Source of the DNA: Armatimonadota bacterium
Lineage (GTDB): Bacteria > Armatimonadota > Fervidibacteria > Fervidibacterales > Fervidibacteraceae
Direction: 5' to 3'
Length of the DNA stretch: 33,296 bases
NCBI GenBank assembly: GCA_026419315.1
Contig: JANZZQ010000001.1
Coordinates: 1-33,296, forward strand
Below are positions 9,802-18,130 of the stretch, piece by piece (position 1 is the stretch's first letter; every line of letters begins with the position of its first letter). The notes under the pieces were generated by a model, which was not told the origin of the DNA, did no database searches, and worked only from the letters and a program-made list of their open reading frames with translations. A program made the position numbers and the translations under genes.

Positions 9802-10793
9802 AACAGAGGTTCCAAAGTGAGGTAGCGCTCACCGGTGTCGGGGAGAACGACGACTATGAGTTGGTCGGGGGAAACTTCTTGTGCGACTTGGACTGCAACA
9901 TGGGCTGCTGCACCAGAAGAAATTCCGACAAATAGCCCTTCCTCTCTCGCAAGCCGTTTCATCATAGCATAAGCTTCCTCGTCTGAAACAGTCCTAACCT
10001 CGTCGATGACCGAAAGGTTGAGAACTTCTGGGACGAAACCTGCGCCAATCCCTTGAATCCGGTGCATTCCGGGCTTTCCTCCCGAAAGGACAGGAGAAGC
10101 TTTCGGTTCAACAGCGATAATGCGCACCGACGGTTTCTTCGCTTTCAAAACCTCACCGACCCCTGTTATCGTTCCTCCCGTCCCCACGCCGGCAACAATT
10201 ATGTCGACAAGCCCATCAGTCTGCTTCCAAATTTCCTCCGCAGTCGTGAGGCGGTGAATTTCTGGATTTGCTGGGTTGGAAAATTGGTAGGGCATGAAGG
10301 CGTTCGGGGTGCTCTTTGCGATTTCCTCGGCTTTGAGAATCGCCCCATACATGCCTTCTGAACCCGGCGTCAACACGACTTCGGCTCCAAGGCTTTCGAG
10401 GATGCGTTGCCTCTCCACGCTCATCGTGTCAGGCATGACAATGATGCATCGGTAACCCTTCGCAGCGCAAACCATAGCAAGACCAATTCCGGTGTTGCCG
10501 CTCGTTGGCTCAACAATGACCGATTTCCCCGGCTCTATCTGCCCAGCTTTTTCCGCCGCCTCAATCATGCTCAAGGCAATTCTGTCTTTTACGCTCGAGC
10601 ACGGATTGAACATTTCCAACTTCGCATATACAGTTGCGGCGTTGGGAGGCACAACGCGGTTGAGTTTAACCATAGGCGTGTCGCCAATGAGTTCGCATAT
10701 GTTGTCGGCAACCTTGTATGCAGGCTTCAGTTTCTTGGCAAGGTTTTTCTTCGCTTCTTTCTTTTTCACTTCAGCGCACCTCAACTTTCCCAT
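9792..10793 (-). CDS. cysK: Cysteine synthase A (O-acetylserine sulfhydrylase)
   Basis: [16 protein letters not shown] (PLP Lys), [43 protein letters not shown]. Start set at ATG 10793 behind GGGAG (uncertain). Confidence 0.95.
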   Translation of the reverse strand: MGKLRCAEVKKKEAKKNLAKKLKPAYKVADNICELIGDTPMVKLNRVVPPNAATVYAKLEMFNPCSSVKDRIALSMIEAAEKAGQIEPGKSVIVEPTSGNTGIGLAMVCAAKGYRCIIVMPDTMSVERQRILESLGAEVVLTPGSEGMYGAILKAEEIAKSTPNAFMPYQFSNPANPEIHRLTTAEEIWKQTDGLVDIIVAGVGTGGTITGVGEVLKAKKPSVRIIAVEPKASPVLSGGKPGMHRIQGIGAGFVPEVLNLSVIDEVRTVSDEEAYAMMKRLAREEGLFVGISSGAAAHVAVQVAQEVSPDQLIVVVLPDTGERYLTLEPLFQV

Positions 10794-10904
10794 TCGCTGC
10801 TCCCGTTTGAAGGGCATCGCCTTTGGAGCGTTGAAATTTTTCCGGTTAGACAAGAGCCCAACCACTTCAAACTTATCAATTGTCAAGGGTGTTCTTCACT
10901 TCGC

Positions 10905-11510
10905 TCAACGAACTCCCCCCATGTCCCACAAAATTTGCTCTTGTTTCGTCAAGGGCATAGGGCCAACTGCGATGTTTTGGGGGGATATGATTAACATTCG
11001 CGCTTTAGGCACAGTGATTACACTCTGCCCAACGGAAACGAAGACGCTCCCTTGATCCACTGAGACTATGACCGTCCCATCGGGTTGGCAGGCGATACTG
11101 AAATGGGCATCCGGTGAACTGACAAGTTGAACTTGCTTGCACTGAACTGGGAGTGGGAACCTCCTCTCCCCAATCGGGGGCGGAGGCGTTCCAATCCAGA
11201 CTCGCCCCTGCCGAAGCGAGAGGGCTCGGGTCGCCAAAAGCTGAATTTCGGTTTCTGGGGCTAACTTAACTCTCGCCTTGTAAGGCATCCACTCCAAAAT
11301 CACTGTGCTCCTTTCTTGAGTGCGAACCGAACTTCCGACGGAAAGTTTGTCATTCACCCTCACTGAACGCTGCATTCCATTTGGCAAGCTGGTTTCAGCA
11401 CTTCCTCGCAGTTCCAACACTTTCAACGAGAACTCCTGTAAAGGTTGGGCAGCGACTAAACCAAGTAACCCAACAACTGCTAACCAAGTTCCCAAACGCA
11501 CCGTTCTCAT
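10905..11510 (-). CDS. Exported FecR-domain-like protein
   Basis: Signal-like N-terminus, then FecR-like pattern (DKLSVGSSVRT, VKLAPETEI, LSLRQGRVW, VSVDQGSVFV). ATG 11510 follows GAGGTGGGAG. Confidence 0.6.
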   Translation of the reverse strand: MRTVRLGTWLAVVGLLGLVAAQPLQEFSLKVLELRGSAETSLPNGMQRSVRVNDKLSVGSSVRTQERSTVILEWMPYKARVKLAPETEIQLLATRALSLRQGRVWIGTPPPPIGERRFPLPVQCKQVQLVSSPDAHFSIACQPDGTVIVSVDQGSVFVSVGQSVITVPKARMLIISPQNIAVGPMPLTKQEQILWDMGGVR

Positions 11511-11591
11511 TGACTCCCACCTCGCTTCCGTGCATCTTGAGTTTTTCTGGCACACGCTAAAGACTCGCTTGAAAGCGAATCAACAACTATC

Positions 11592-13043
11592 TCAAAGGGC
11601 ATGAGCCACTTCAGTCAACTCCTCTTCTTCAAACAAGTGTTTGCTGAGCTTAAGGTGCTGCGGGATGGGGATGGGATATCGACCGTCAAAACAAGCGCTG
11701 CAAAACCTTTCCGCTGGACACCCGACGGCCTCAAACAAACCTTCTATGCTCAAATAGCCGAGACTATCGGCACCGATGTAGCGACGAATTTCTTCAACAT
11801 CAAGTTGGGCAGCAATAAGTTCGCTCCTGGCAGCAGTGTCAATGCCGTAGAAGCAGGGGAAGCGATAAGGCGGTGAACTGATGCGGACATGAATCTCTTT
11901 TGCACCCGCTTCCCTCAGCATCCTGACAATGTTTCTCGTTGTAGTTCCGCGAACAATGCTGTCCTCCACAACGACCACCCTCTTGCCCTCAAGCACTTCA
12001 CGAAGCGGGGTCAATTTAATTCGAACCCCCAACTCTCTTTGCCGTTGGCTTGGTTGGATGAAAGTGCGATGTATGTATCGGTTTTTAATGAAACCTTCCG
12101 CGTATGGGATTTTTGACTCTTCCGCATAGCCCAACGCGGCGGGAGTGCCTGTATCTGGAACTGGGATAACAATGTCGGCGCTAACGGGGTGCTCCTTCGC
12201 AAGAATTTGCCCCATCCTCCTCCTAACCATGTGAACATTTTGGCCGTAAAGGTGAGTGTCAGGGCGGGCAAGGTAAACGAACTCAAAAATGCACAAGGAA
12301 GGTTTGATTACTTCTGCCCAGCGGACGATGTGAAGCCCCTTGTCATCAACGATGACCATTTCACCTGGCTCAACATCCCTCACATAGACGGCACCGACAG
12401 GGTTAAGGGCGCAGGTCTCGGAAGCAATAACCCAATGAGAGCCGTTCAACTTACCTATGACAAGCGGTCGGACACCGTAGGGGTCCCGAACAGCGAAAAG
12501 CTTGTCTGGGGACAAGATAACGAGGGAGAAAGCGCCTCTTAGCTGCTTCATTGCTGCCATGACTGCCCTTTCAAAGTCCAGTTCATCGTGACTTGCGATG
12601 AGTTTCGCTATGATTTCGCTGTCGCTCGTCCCCTCAAAGCGAAACCCTAACCGCTCCAATTCTTGCTTCAACTCAAGTGCATTGACTAAGTTCCCATTGT
12701 GTCCCAACGCAAAGGGGACACCGCGATGAAGTTCCACAAAAGGCTGAGCGTTTGCGATATTAGAAGAGCCCGTCGTGGAATATCGGGTGTGACCGATAGC
12801 GGTGTGACCTTTCAAGGCGGAAAGGATTTCCTCGTCAAAGACCTGCGCAACCAACCCCATCCGCTTGTGAACGCGAATGGTGTTACCGTTGGCAACAGCA
12901 ATACCAGCACTTTCTTGTCCGCGATGTTGCAATGCAAATAGACCGAAGAAAGCAATTCGGGCAACATCGTCGCCCGGCGCGTAAACACCGAAAACGCCGC
13001 ATTCTTCAGGCAAACCCTCGCCCAACAATTCATATCCTGTCAT
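11592..13043 (-). CDS. purF: Amidophosphoribosyltransferase, propeptide / 4Fe-4S type
   Basis: EE|CGVFG Ntn nucleophile, LQHRGQESAG, GHTRYSTTG, HNGNL, VEDSIVRGTT; Fe-S Cys in CIFEF, PCFYG, CSACF. ATG 13043 follows GGAGG. Confidence 0.97.
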   Translation of the reverse strand: MTGYELLGEGLPEECGVFGVYAPGDDVARIAFFGLFALQHRGQESAGIAVANGNTIRVHKRMGLVAQVFDEEILSALKGHTAIGHTRYSTTGSSNIANAQPFVELHRGVPFALGHNGNLVNALELKQELERLGFRFEGTSDSEIIAKLIASHDELDFERAVMAAMKQLRGAFSLVILSPDKLFAVRDPYGVRPLVIGKLNGSHWVIASETCALNPVGAVYVRDVEPGEMVIVDDKGLHIVRWAEVIKPSLCIFEFVYLARPDTHLYGQNVHMVRRRMGQILAKEHPVSADIVIPVPDTGTPAALGYAEESKIPYAEGFIKNRYIHRTFIQPSQRQRELGVRIKLTPLREVLEGKRVVVVEDSIVRGTTTRNIVRMLREAGAKEIHVRISSPPYRFPCFYGIDTAARSELIAAQLDVEEIRRYIGADSLGYLSIEGLFEAVGCPAERFCSACFDGRYPIPIPQHLKLSKHLFEEEELTEVAHAL

Positions 13044-13355
13044 GATATTTGCGCCTCCAAGTTTTCTGGGCAACTCATTACCGCAGTTTTGTCTTCAGTG
13101 CCGCCTTCCTGCGACTCGATCAAACCGTGAGTTCACAAGCCTCGCGGACCTTCAACCTGCAATCAAATGGTAGCATAACGAAAAAGTTCTTGACAGGCAC
13201 ACTCCAACACTCTCAAGGTTTGTTTCCGAAGCGCGCGAAAGAAAAGCCTTTAGCTCGCCAAAGTTTGCTTTCCCAAAACGAAAGTTTCACTGAGAGGGTG
13301 GCTCTTGAGCGACCGAGAAAAATCGGCTCAACAAAGGTTCGCCTTCCAAAACGGT

Positions 13356-14357
13356 CTACTCGTAATGTGCGGTTGAGTTCAGTTCATTCACTAACTTGGT
13401 TTGCTCTGACAACTCTTTGATTTCCGGTGGCGGGGCGAATTGAACTCTTTCATCCGTCAACTTGAACTCAACGACCTCGGTTGCTCCCAATTCCTGAAGG
13501 CGTTGGATGACTTGTTGGACGAGAATTTCGGGCGCTGATGCCCCCGAAGTGACCCCAACGCTTTCGGCTTCCGCAAGCCATTCAGGTTCAATTTGCTCTG
13601 CACCTTCAATCAAATGGGCGGGGCACCCATGCGAGATTGCAACTTCACGTAGCCTTTGGCTGTTTGAACTGTTCTTAGAACCGATCACGAGAATGACATC
13701 AACTTGCTTTGCCAAAGCCTTGACGGCGTTTTGTCGGTTTTGAGTTGCGTAGCAAATGTCGTTAGTGCGGGGCCCGACAATTTTTGGGAATTTGCGCTTC
13801 AAGGCTGCGACAATTTCAGCGGTGTCATCCACGCTTAAAGTCGTTTGAGTCAAATACGCGACTTTCTCAGGGTCAGGAACTCGCAACCGTTCCACATCAT
13901 CCACGCTTTGCACAAGGTAGGTGCAATGCGGTGCTTCGCCCATCGTCCCTTCAACTTCCTCGTGTCCGGCATGCCCGATCAGGACAATACTGTATCCTTC
14001 CTGAGCGAACTTAATCGCTTCAATGTGGACCTTCGTAACAAGCGGGCAGGTTGCGTCAATGACTCTCAAATTTTTCCGCTTCGCCATCTCCCTGACCGCT
14101 GGTGAGACTCCGTGAGCGCTGAAGATGACAGTTGCACCTTCAGGCACTTCGTCCAACTCGTTGACAAAAATCACGCCCCTTTGTTTCAACCGCTCAACGA
14201 CGAAGCGGTTGTGAACTATCTCCTTACGGACATATATCGGGGGCGGAAGTGACTGAAGCACAATCTCAACTATTTCAATCGCTCTGACAACGCCTGCGCA
14301 GAAGCCTCTAGGTGAAGCCAAAACCACCCGTTTCAATTTCGGCAGCTTGTATGTCAT
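13356..14357 (-). CDS. ispH: 4-hydroxy-3-methylbut-2-enyl diphosphate reductase
   Basis: PRGFCAGV, IVHN, FSAHGV, DATCPLVTKVH, GHEEVEG, TQTTLS, ICYATQNRQ, SSNS. Start at ATG 14357. Confidence 0.97.
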   Translation of the reverse strand: MTYKLPKLKRVVLASPRGFCAGVVRAIEIVEIVLQSLPPPIYVRKEIVHNRFVVERLKQRGVIFVNELDEVPEGATVIFSAHGVSPAVREMAKRKNLRVIDATCPLVTKVHIEAIKFAQEGYSIVLIGHAGHEEVEGTMGEAPHCTYLVQSVDDVERLRVPDPEKVAYLTQTTLSVDDTAEIVAALKRKFPKIVGPRTNDICYATQNRQNAVKALAKQVDVILVIGSKNSSNSQRLREVAISHGCPAHLIEGAEQIEPEWLAEAESVGVTSGASAPEILVQQVIQRLQELGATEVVEFKLTDERVQFAPPPEIKELSEQTKLVNELNSTAHYE

Positions 14358-14380
14358 CGGGTCATCTCCCCCGTGCGATT

Positions 14381-15196
14381 TCAAAATTCCCCAGTCGCTA
14401 AAGTATGGCGCACGGCAAAGAATGTGACCAGCAAAGAGATGAACCCAACCACGATAAGCCAGTGCAATATGTATGCTTCCCACTTTCGGACGAAACGGGC
14501 GTGCAAGTAAATGGCGAAAATGCTCCCAGTTAGGATTGAGAAAATAACCTTTGGGTCATCCAAAGCGCTTCGCCCCATCAATCGCGCCCAAAAAACACCG
14601 ACAACCATTCCAAGCGTTAGCATGGGGAAGCCGAGAAGCACCAACTTACTTGTCAACTGTTCGGTTACTTCCAAAGGCGGAAATTTGTCAAGGAGGGCGA
14701 GGGGACGCTTGTTTTTCAAAAGCCACAAAGTGAGCAAGTGAACAACGGCGGTTCCGAAGGAAAACATGAGCATCAAGTAACCGACCATCATCAAGGTGAC
14801 ATGAACGACCAGAATATCGCGCCTTAGTTCTGGCGGCAGTTGTGTTGGCTCTTCAAAGATACCGAAGGTGAGCAAAATCGCTGAAAGCGGGAACAAAATC
14901 CCCAATTGCGCTTCAATCTTCCGAATCCACCATTGCCAGAGCGAGCCTATGGCAATCAGCCATCCGAGAATTACCGCCAGCGTTTCGGGTGTGTCTAATC
15001 TCAAACGATTCACCAAAATGCCTTCAACGAGGTAGAGCAGGTGACAAGTGATGGTGATGAGCGAAATGTAGTTCAGTAAGGGAAGGGGTTGACGCTGAGG
15101 TTTCCACAACCTCAGCAGCACCAAAACCGCTACCAGCAAGTAGCCCAAAATGGAAAACCAGCCCAAAAGAGACCAAACAACTGTCAACAGCGTCAC
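14381..15196 (-). CDS. Cytochrome c assembly family membrane protein (CcsA/HemX-like)
   Basis: About 8 hydrophobic segments, conserved His (VVHVTL, AVRH), LPPLE-like FPPLE, G..WA.....DPK with the tryptophan-rich motif eroded; near hemA. Confidence 0.82.
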   Translation of the reverse strand: MTLLTVVWSLLGWFSILGYLLVAVLVLLRLWKPQRQPLPLLNYISLITITCHLLYLVEGILVNRLRLDTPETLAVILGWLIAIGSLWQWWIRKIEAQLGILFPLSAILLTFGIFEEPTQLPPELRRDILVVHVTLMMVGYLMLMFSFGTAVVHLLTLWLLKNKRPLALLDKFPPLEVTEQLTSKLVLLGFPMLTLGMVVGVFWARLMGRSALDDPKVIFSILTGSIFAIYLHARFVRKWEAYILHWLIVVGFISLLVTFFAVRHTLATGEF

Positions 15197-15825
15197 CTCG
15201 CCGTCTCGACTTTTTCTTCGGCTTCACCGAAAATTCCTCCAGCAAATAAAACTTTAGGGCACTTCCCCGTAAACTACCACTCAACCAAAAGACCAAAGCC
15301 TTTTGCGGTTTCCAAATCCGAATCGCTCAACAAGTGAACTTCTACCCGTTGCACGGAATGCCAGTTGGACAATTTCGTCAGCGTCGATGGGCACACCGGT
15401 CAGCACACGCGCAGATTTGCGCATCGCAGCGAAGTTGACACCTTCCCTTTCAAGCGCAACGGCGACTGTGTATGTTGCCAGCATTTTTTGAACCAACCTT
15501 TAAGGCTCATCAAAACGGTTTCTGGCGACCCCAAAGCGTCCTTGAAAGCCACGCCCCACTTTGCCCTCATGATCGCGCTTAATTCGTTCCAGAGCCGAAA
15601 GCCTCTGCGCTACACGGCCCTTACCGGTGAGACCGGCAACTTGATTTTGTCCTCGTTGGTAAACAATCGGCAACTCCAAATTCAGTGCAGTTTTGCTATC
15701 GTGAAGGTAGGTGGGATGCGAAAACTCTTCTTGGCGCGCTTCCCGTTCTCTAACTTGAACAGTGTCAATTCCCGTTTAGGTCACCTAACGCGTGCACAAT
15801 GGGGGTCAAACCTTGTAACAGCCTG

Positions 15826-15846
15826 AACCCAAAAATTTCTTGGGTT
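15826..15846. terminator. Inverted repeat just downstream of the large redoxin gene (possible terminator or stabilising hairpin)
   Basis: AACCCAA-N7-TTGGGTT, 7 nt after the stop at 15854; no U-tract on the minus strand. Confidence 0.3.
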
Positions 15847-15853
15847 TTGAAAG

Positions 15854-17242
15854 TCATTTTAGCGCTTCCTCGATTGCCCGCTTCATTCCTTCTGGGTCAA
15901 ATCCTGCCTGCAAGTATCGGACTTTGCCCTCCTTGTCAATGACGACATTGGTGGGCACACCCTCAACGCCGTAAAGTTCAGGGGTTTTGTTTTCAGCGTC
16001 AACAAGCACAAGATAGGTCAAATTGTGTTTTTGGACAAACTCCTTTGCGACATTGAACGGTTCCCCTTCTGCCCATATTGCCACCCCGACAACGACAACC
16101 CCTTTGTCCTTGTATGCTTGCCAAAACTCCCTTTCAAGACGCGGAGCCTCCGCGTTGCAAGGTCCTCACCAGTGGGCAAAGAAGTTGAGCACCACCACTT
16201 TGCCTTTCAAGGATGACAAGCGAACTTTTTTGCCATCCAAGCCAGGCAACTCAAAATCGGGCGCTTCTTTGCCGATGAGACGGCTTCGCTGCTCCGCTTG
16301 GCTTAACCTCTGGCGGACAAGTTGAACCAACCTTCGCCACATCTGAATGTGAGGGGTGTAGGGGCTGTCTTTGAATTGCTCTATGAACCCGTTCAACTCC
16401 TTCTCCGCTTCATCGAGATTCCCTTTCGTCGGATTCACCAAGATGGGGACACCGACCTTCTGATGAATTGCCCTAACCGCTCCCAATTCCTTGAGCCTTC
16501 GGTTGAAGTCGTTGCTTTCAATTTTTTGCACGCTTTTGAGGGCGAGTTGCAAAATTGAAACCACTACTTGCCCTTCCCGGATTTGCAGGTGGGTTTCCCT
16601 TTGAATCCGCCTTATCAAGCCAGTTCCTGCTTCAACCCATATTCGGTCAGATGCTTTGGATACCTGCGCACCTCGTGCGGGTTGAAGAACGACAGGGCTT
16701 AACAGCGACCTCTCAACAATGTAGCAATCGCTGCCATCAATCTTCTCCTTTCCAGCAACTTGGTAACGGAATTCACCGAGTAGGTCAGCACGAATGAGGA
16801 TTCGTTCCTTCGCTGTCCAAGAGCTACCTTCCCTCAACTTCTCTGTTGGGAAGAAGTAAACCGGCAACAAGGTTGTGAACTGACCAATGAAACCTGTCGG
16901 CGGTGATTCCGAGAAAAGTTTTTCGATGGGGGTTGCCTCTTCTTCCCCGGAGCCAGTGATGCTGAGAAACCGCAACGCCGCTTCTGGGATCGTTTCCAGT
17001 CCTTCCGGTTGAAAAACCCTAAGGCTGGCCACGGTCGCTGCCTGCTTCTCCACTACCTCTACAACCAGGTCATTAACCGAGACTTTCGCCTTGACCTCTT
17101 GACCGCCGATTTGGAGCTTCGCCTCGCCTTCGTAGCGAAGTTCCAAACTTTTCTGTAGCGGGGATTGGGCAGCAGAGAAGCAAACGGCCAAAATATGGGC
17201 TACAACGACCAGAAAACTAACACACCAACGAAACATAGTCAC
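15854..17242 (-). CDS. Exported selenocysteine-containing TlpA/ResA-like redoxin fused to a large N-terminal domain (462 aa, Sec359, UGPC)
   Basis: ORFs 16166..17242 and 15854..16084 are in one frame, joined by TGG TGA GGA CCT TGC = W-U-G-P-C. APDFEL...LNFFAHW before; AEAPRL and cis-Pro loop YGVEGVPTNVVIDKEGKVRY after; SECIS-like hairpin. Confidence 0.9.
16139..16155 (-). promoter_or_regulatory. Bacterial SECIS-like hairpin
   Basis: ACGCGGA-GGC-TCCGCGT perfect 7-bp stem beginning 10 nt 3' of the TGA at 16166-16168; G-led apical loop; extendable lower stem CCTT/AAGG. Confidence 0.8.
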
Positions 17243-17590
17243 TTCGCCTCCTCGTTGAAGATTTCGACAACTACAGCGTCAACGATTTTGACGATAGATT
17301 TCGCTGCTGCCAATGGCTGCGTGATTATGTCGCTAACTTCGCGCAAGAGATTTGAACCTCTTAACAACAACACAAACAAAGAGTTGGACAGTAGCCCGAG
17401 CCTTTCTTCGCCACTGTCTTGAGCCCCTTCGCACCTCTCGATTCTTTCGGTTGCAGTCTCAGTCTTGACAACACATCAGGAAAAAGGCACTTGTGGCACC
17501 GATTGCTGGTGGACTTCCTGTCCATCGCACAGTTGAAAGGTGAGGGTGGATAGTTCGGAGTTCGCGTTGTGGGATTTTTGAGCAGCAAAT

Positions 17591-18130
17591 TCACTTGCCT
17601 TTTGTTGTTCCTTTCGGTGCAGGCTCTTTCAATGCTGCATCAATTGCCTTCTTCAGGCTCTTGACATCAAAACCTCCATACCAGTATCGGATTTTACCGT
17701 CACGGCCGATGACCACATTGACCGGCAGCCCCTCAACTTGGTAAGCCTCAGCGACTTTGCTTCTCTTCTCTGGGTCATAGGCGACGGTGTAGGTGATTTT
17801 GGTCTTTTGGGCGAACATTTTCGCCATTTTCAGCGGGTCTCCTTCTGCCCAAACCGAAACGCCCAAAACGACCAAGCCTTTGGCTTTGTGTGCCTGCCAA
17901 AACTCCTTCTCCAAACGCGGAGCCTCCGCGCTGCACTCAAATCACCAGTGAGAGAAGAAATTCAGCAGGACAACCTTGCCCTTCAAATCGGCAAGCCTGA
18001 CTTTCTTGCCGTCAATTGTTGGCAAGGTGAAGTCGGGAGCGGGTTTGCCGACCAGCGATGATTGCTTTTGCTGAGCCACCAACGAGGCAACTAAAATTGA
18101 ACTTGCCGCAAACAAGGCAGTTGCCCTCAT
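17591..18130 (-). CDS. Exported selenocysteine-containing TlpA/ResA-like redoxin (179 aa, Sec63, UFEC)
   Basis: ORFs 17942..18130 and 17591..17914 are in one frame, joined by TGG TGA TTT GAG TGC = W-U-F-E-C. Signal peptide, [30 protein letters not shown] overlaps the hemA stop (ATGA). Confidence 0.9.
17915..17931 (-). promoter_or_regulatory. Bacterial SECIS-like hairpin
   Basis: GCGCGGA-GGC-TCCGCGT stem (terminal G-U pair) beginning 10 nt 3' of the TGA at 17942-17944. Confidence 0.8.

Noticed and set aside
13044-13355. Possible purine-related riboswitch (ZTP, PRPP, purine) in the purF leader
   Set aside because: Only short hairpins; I could not match the conserved cores. An Rfam scan would settle it.
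15197-15853. tRNA-Sec, tmRNA or RNase P RNA in the gap
   Set aside because: No cloverleaf, T-loop/CCA end or RNase P consensus visible on either strand.
17277-17293. Palindrome CGTCAA-N5-TTGACG upstream of the large redoxin gene
   Set aside because: Single 6-bp-arm repeat with no second copy seen in the window; within chance expectation.
17361-17594. 77-aa Cys-rich ORF between the two redoxin genes
   Set aside because: It overlaps the upstream stop (GTGA) but has no recognisable domain; probably spurious, not fully excluded.
15854-18130. Redoxin genes as nonsense pseudogenes or as four separate small genes
   Set aside because: Both stops are TGA at the catalytic Cys position, both are followed by the same hairpin, and there are no other lesions.
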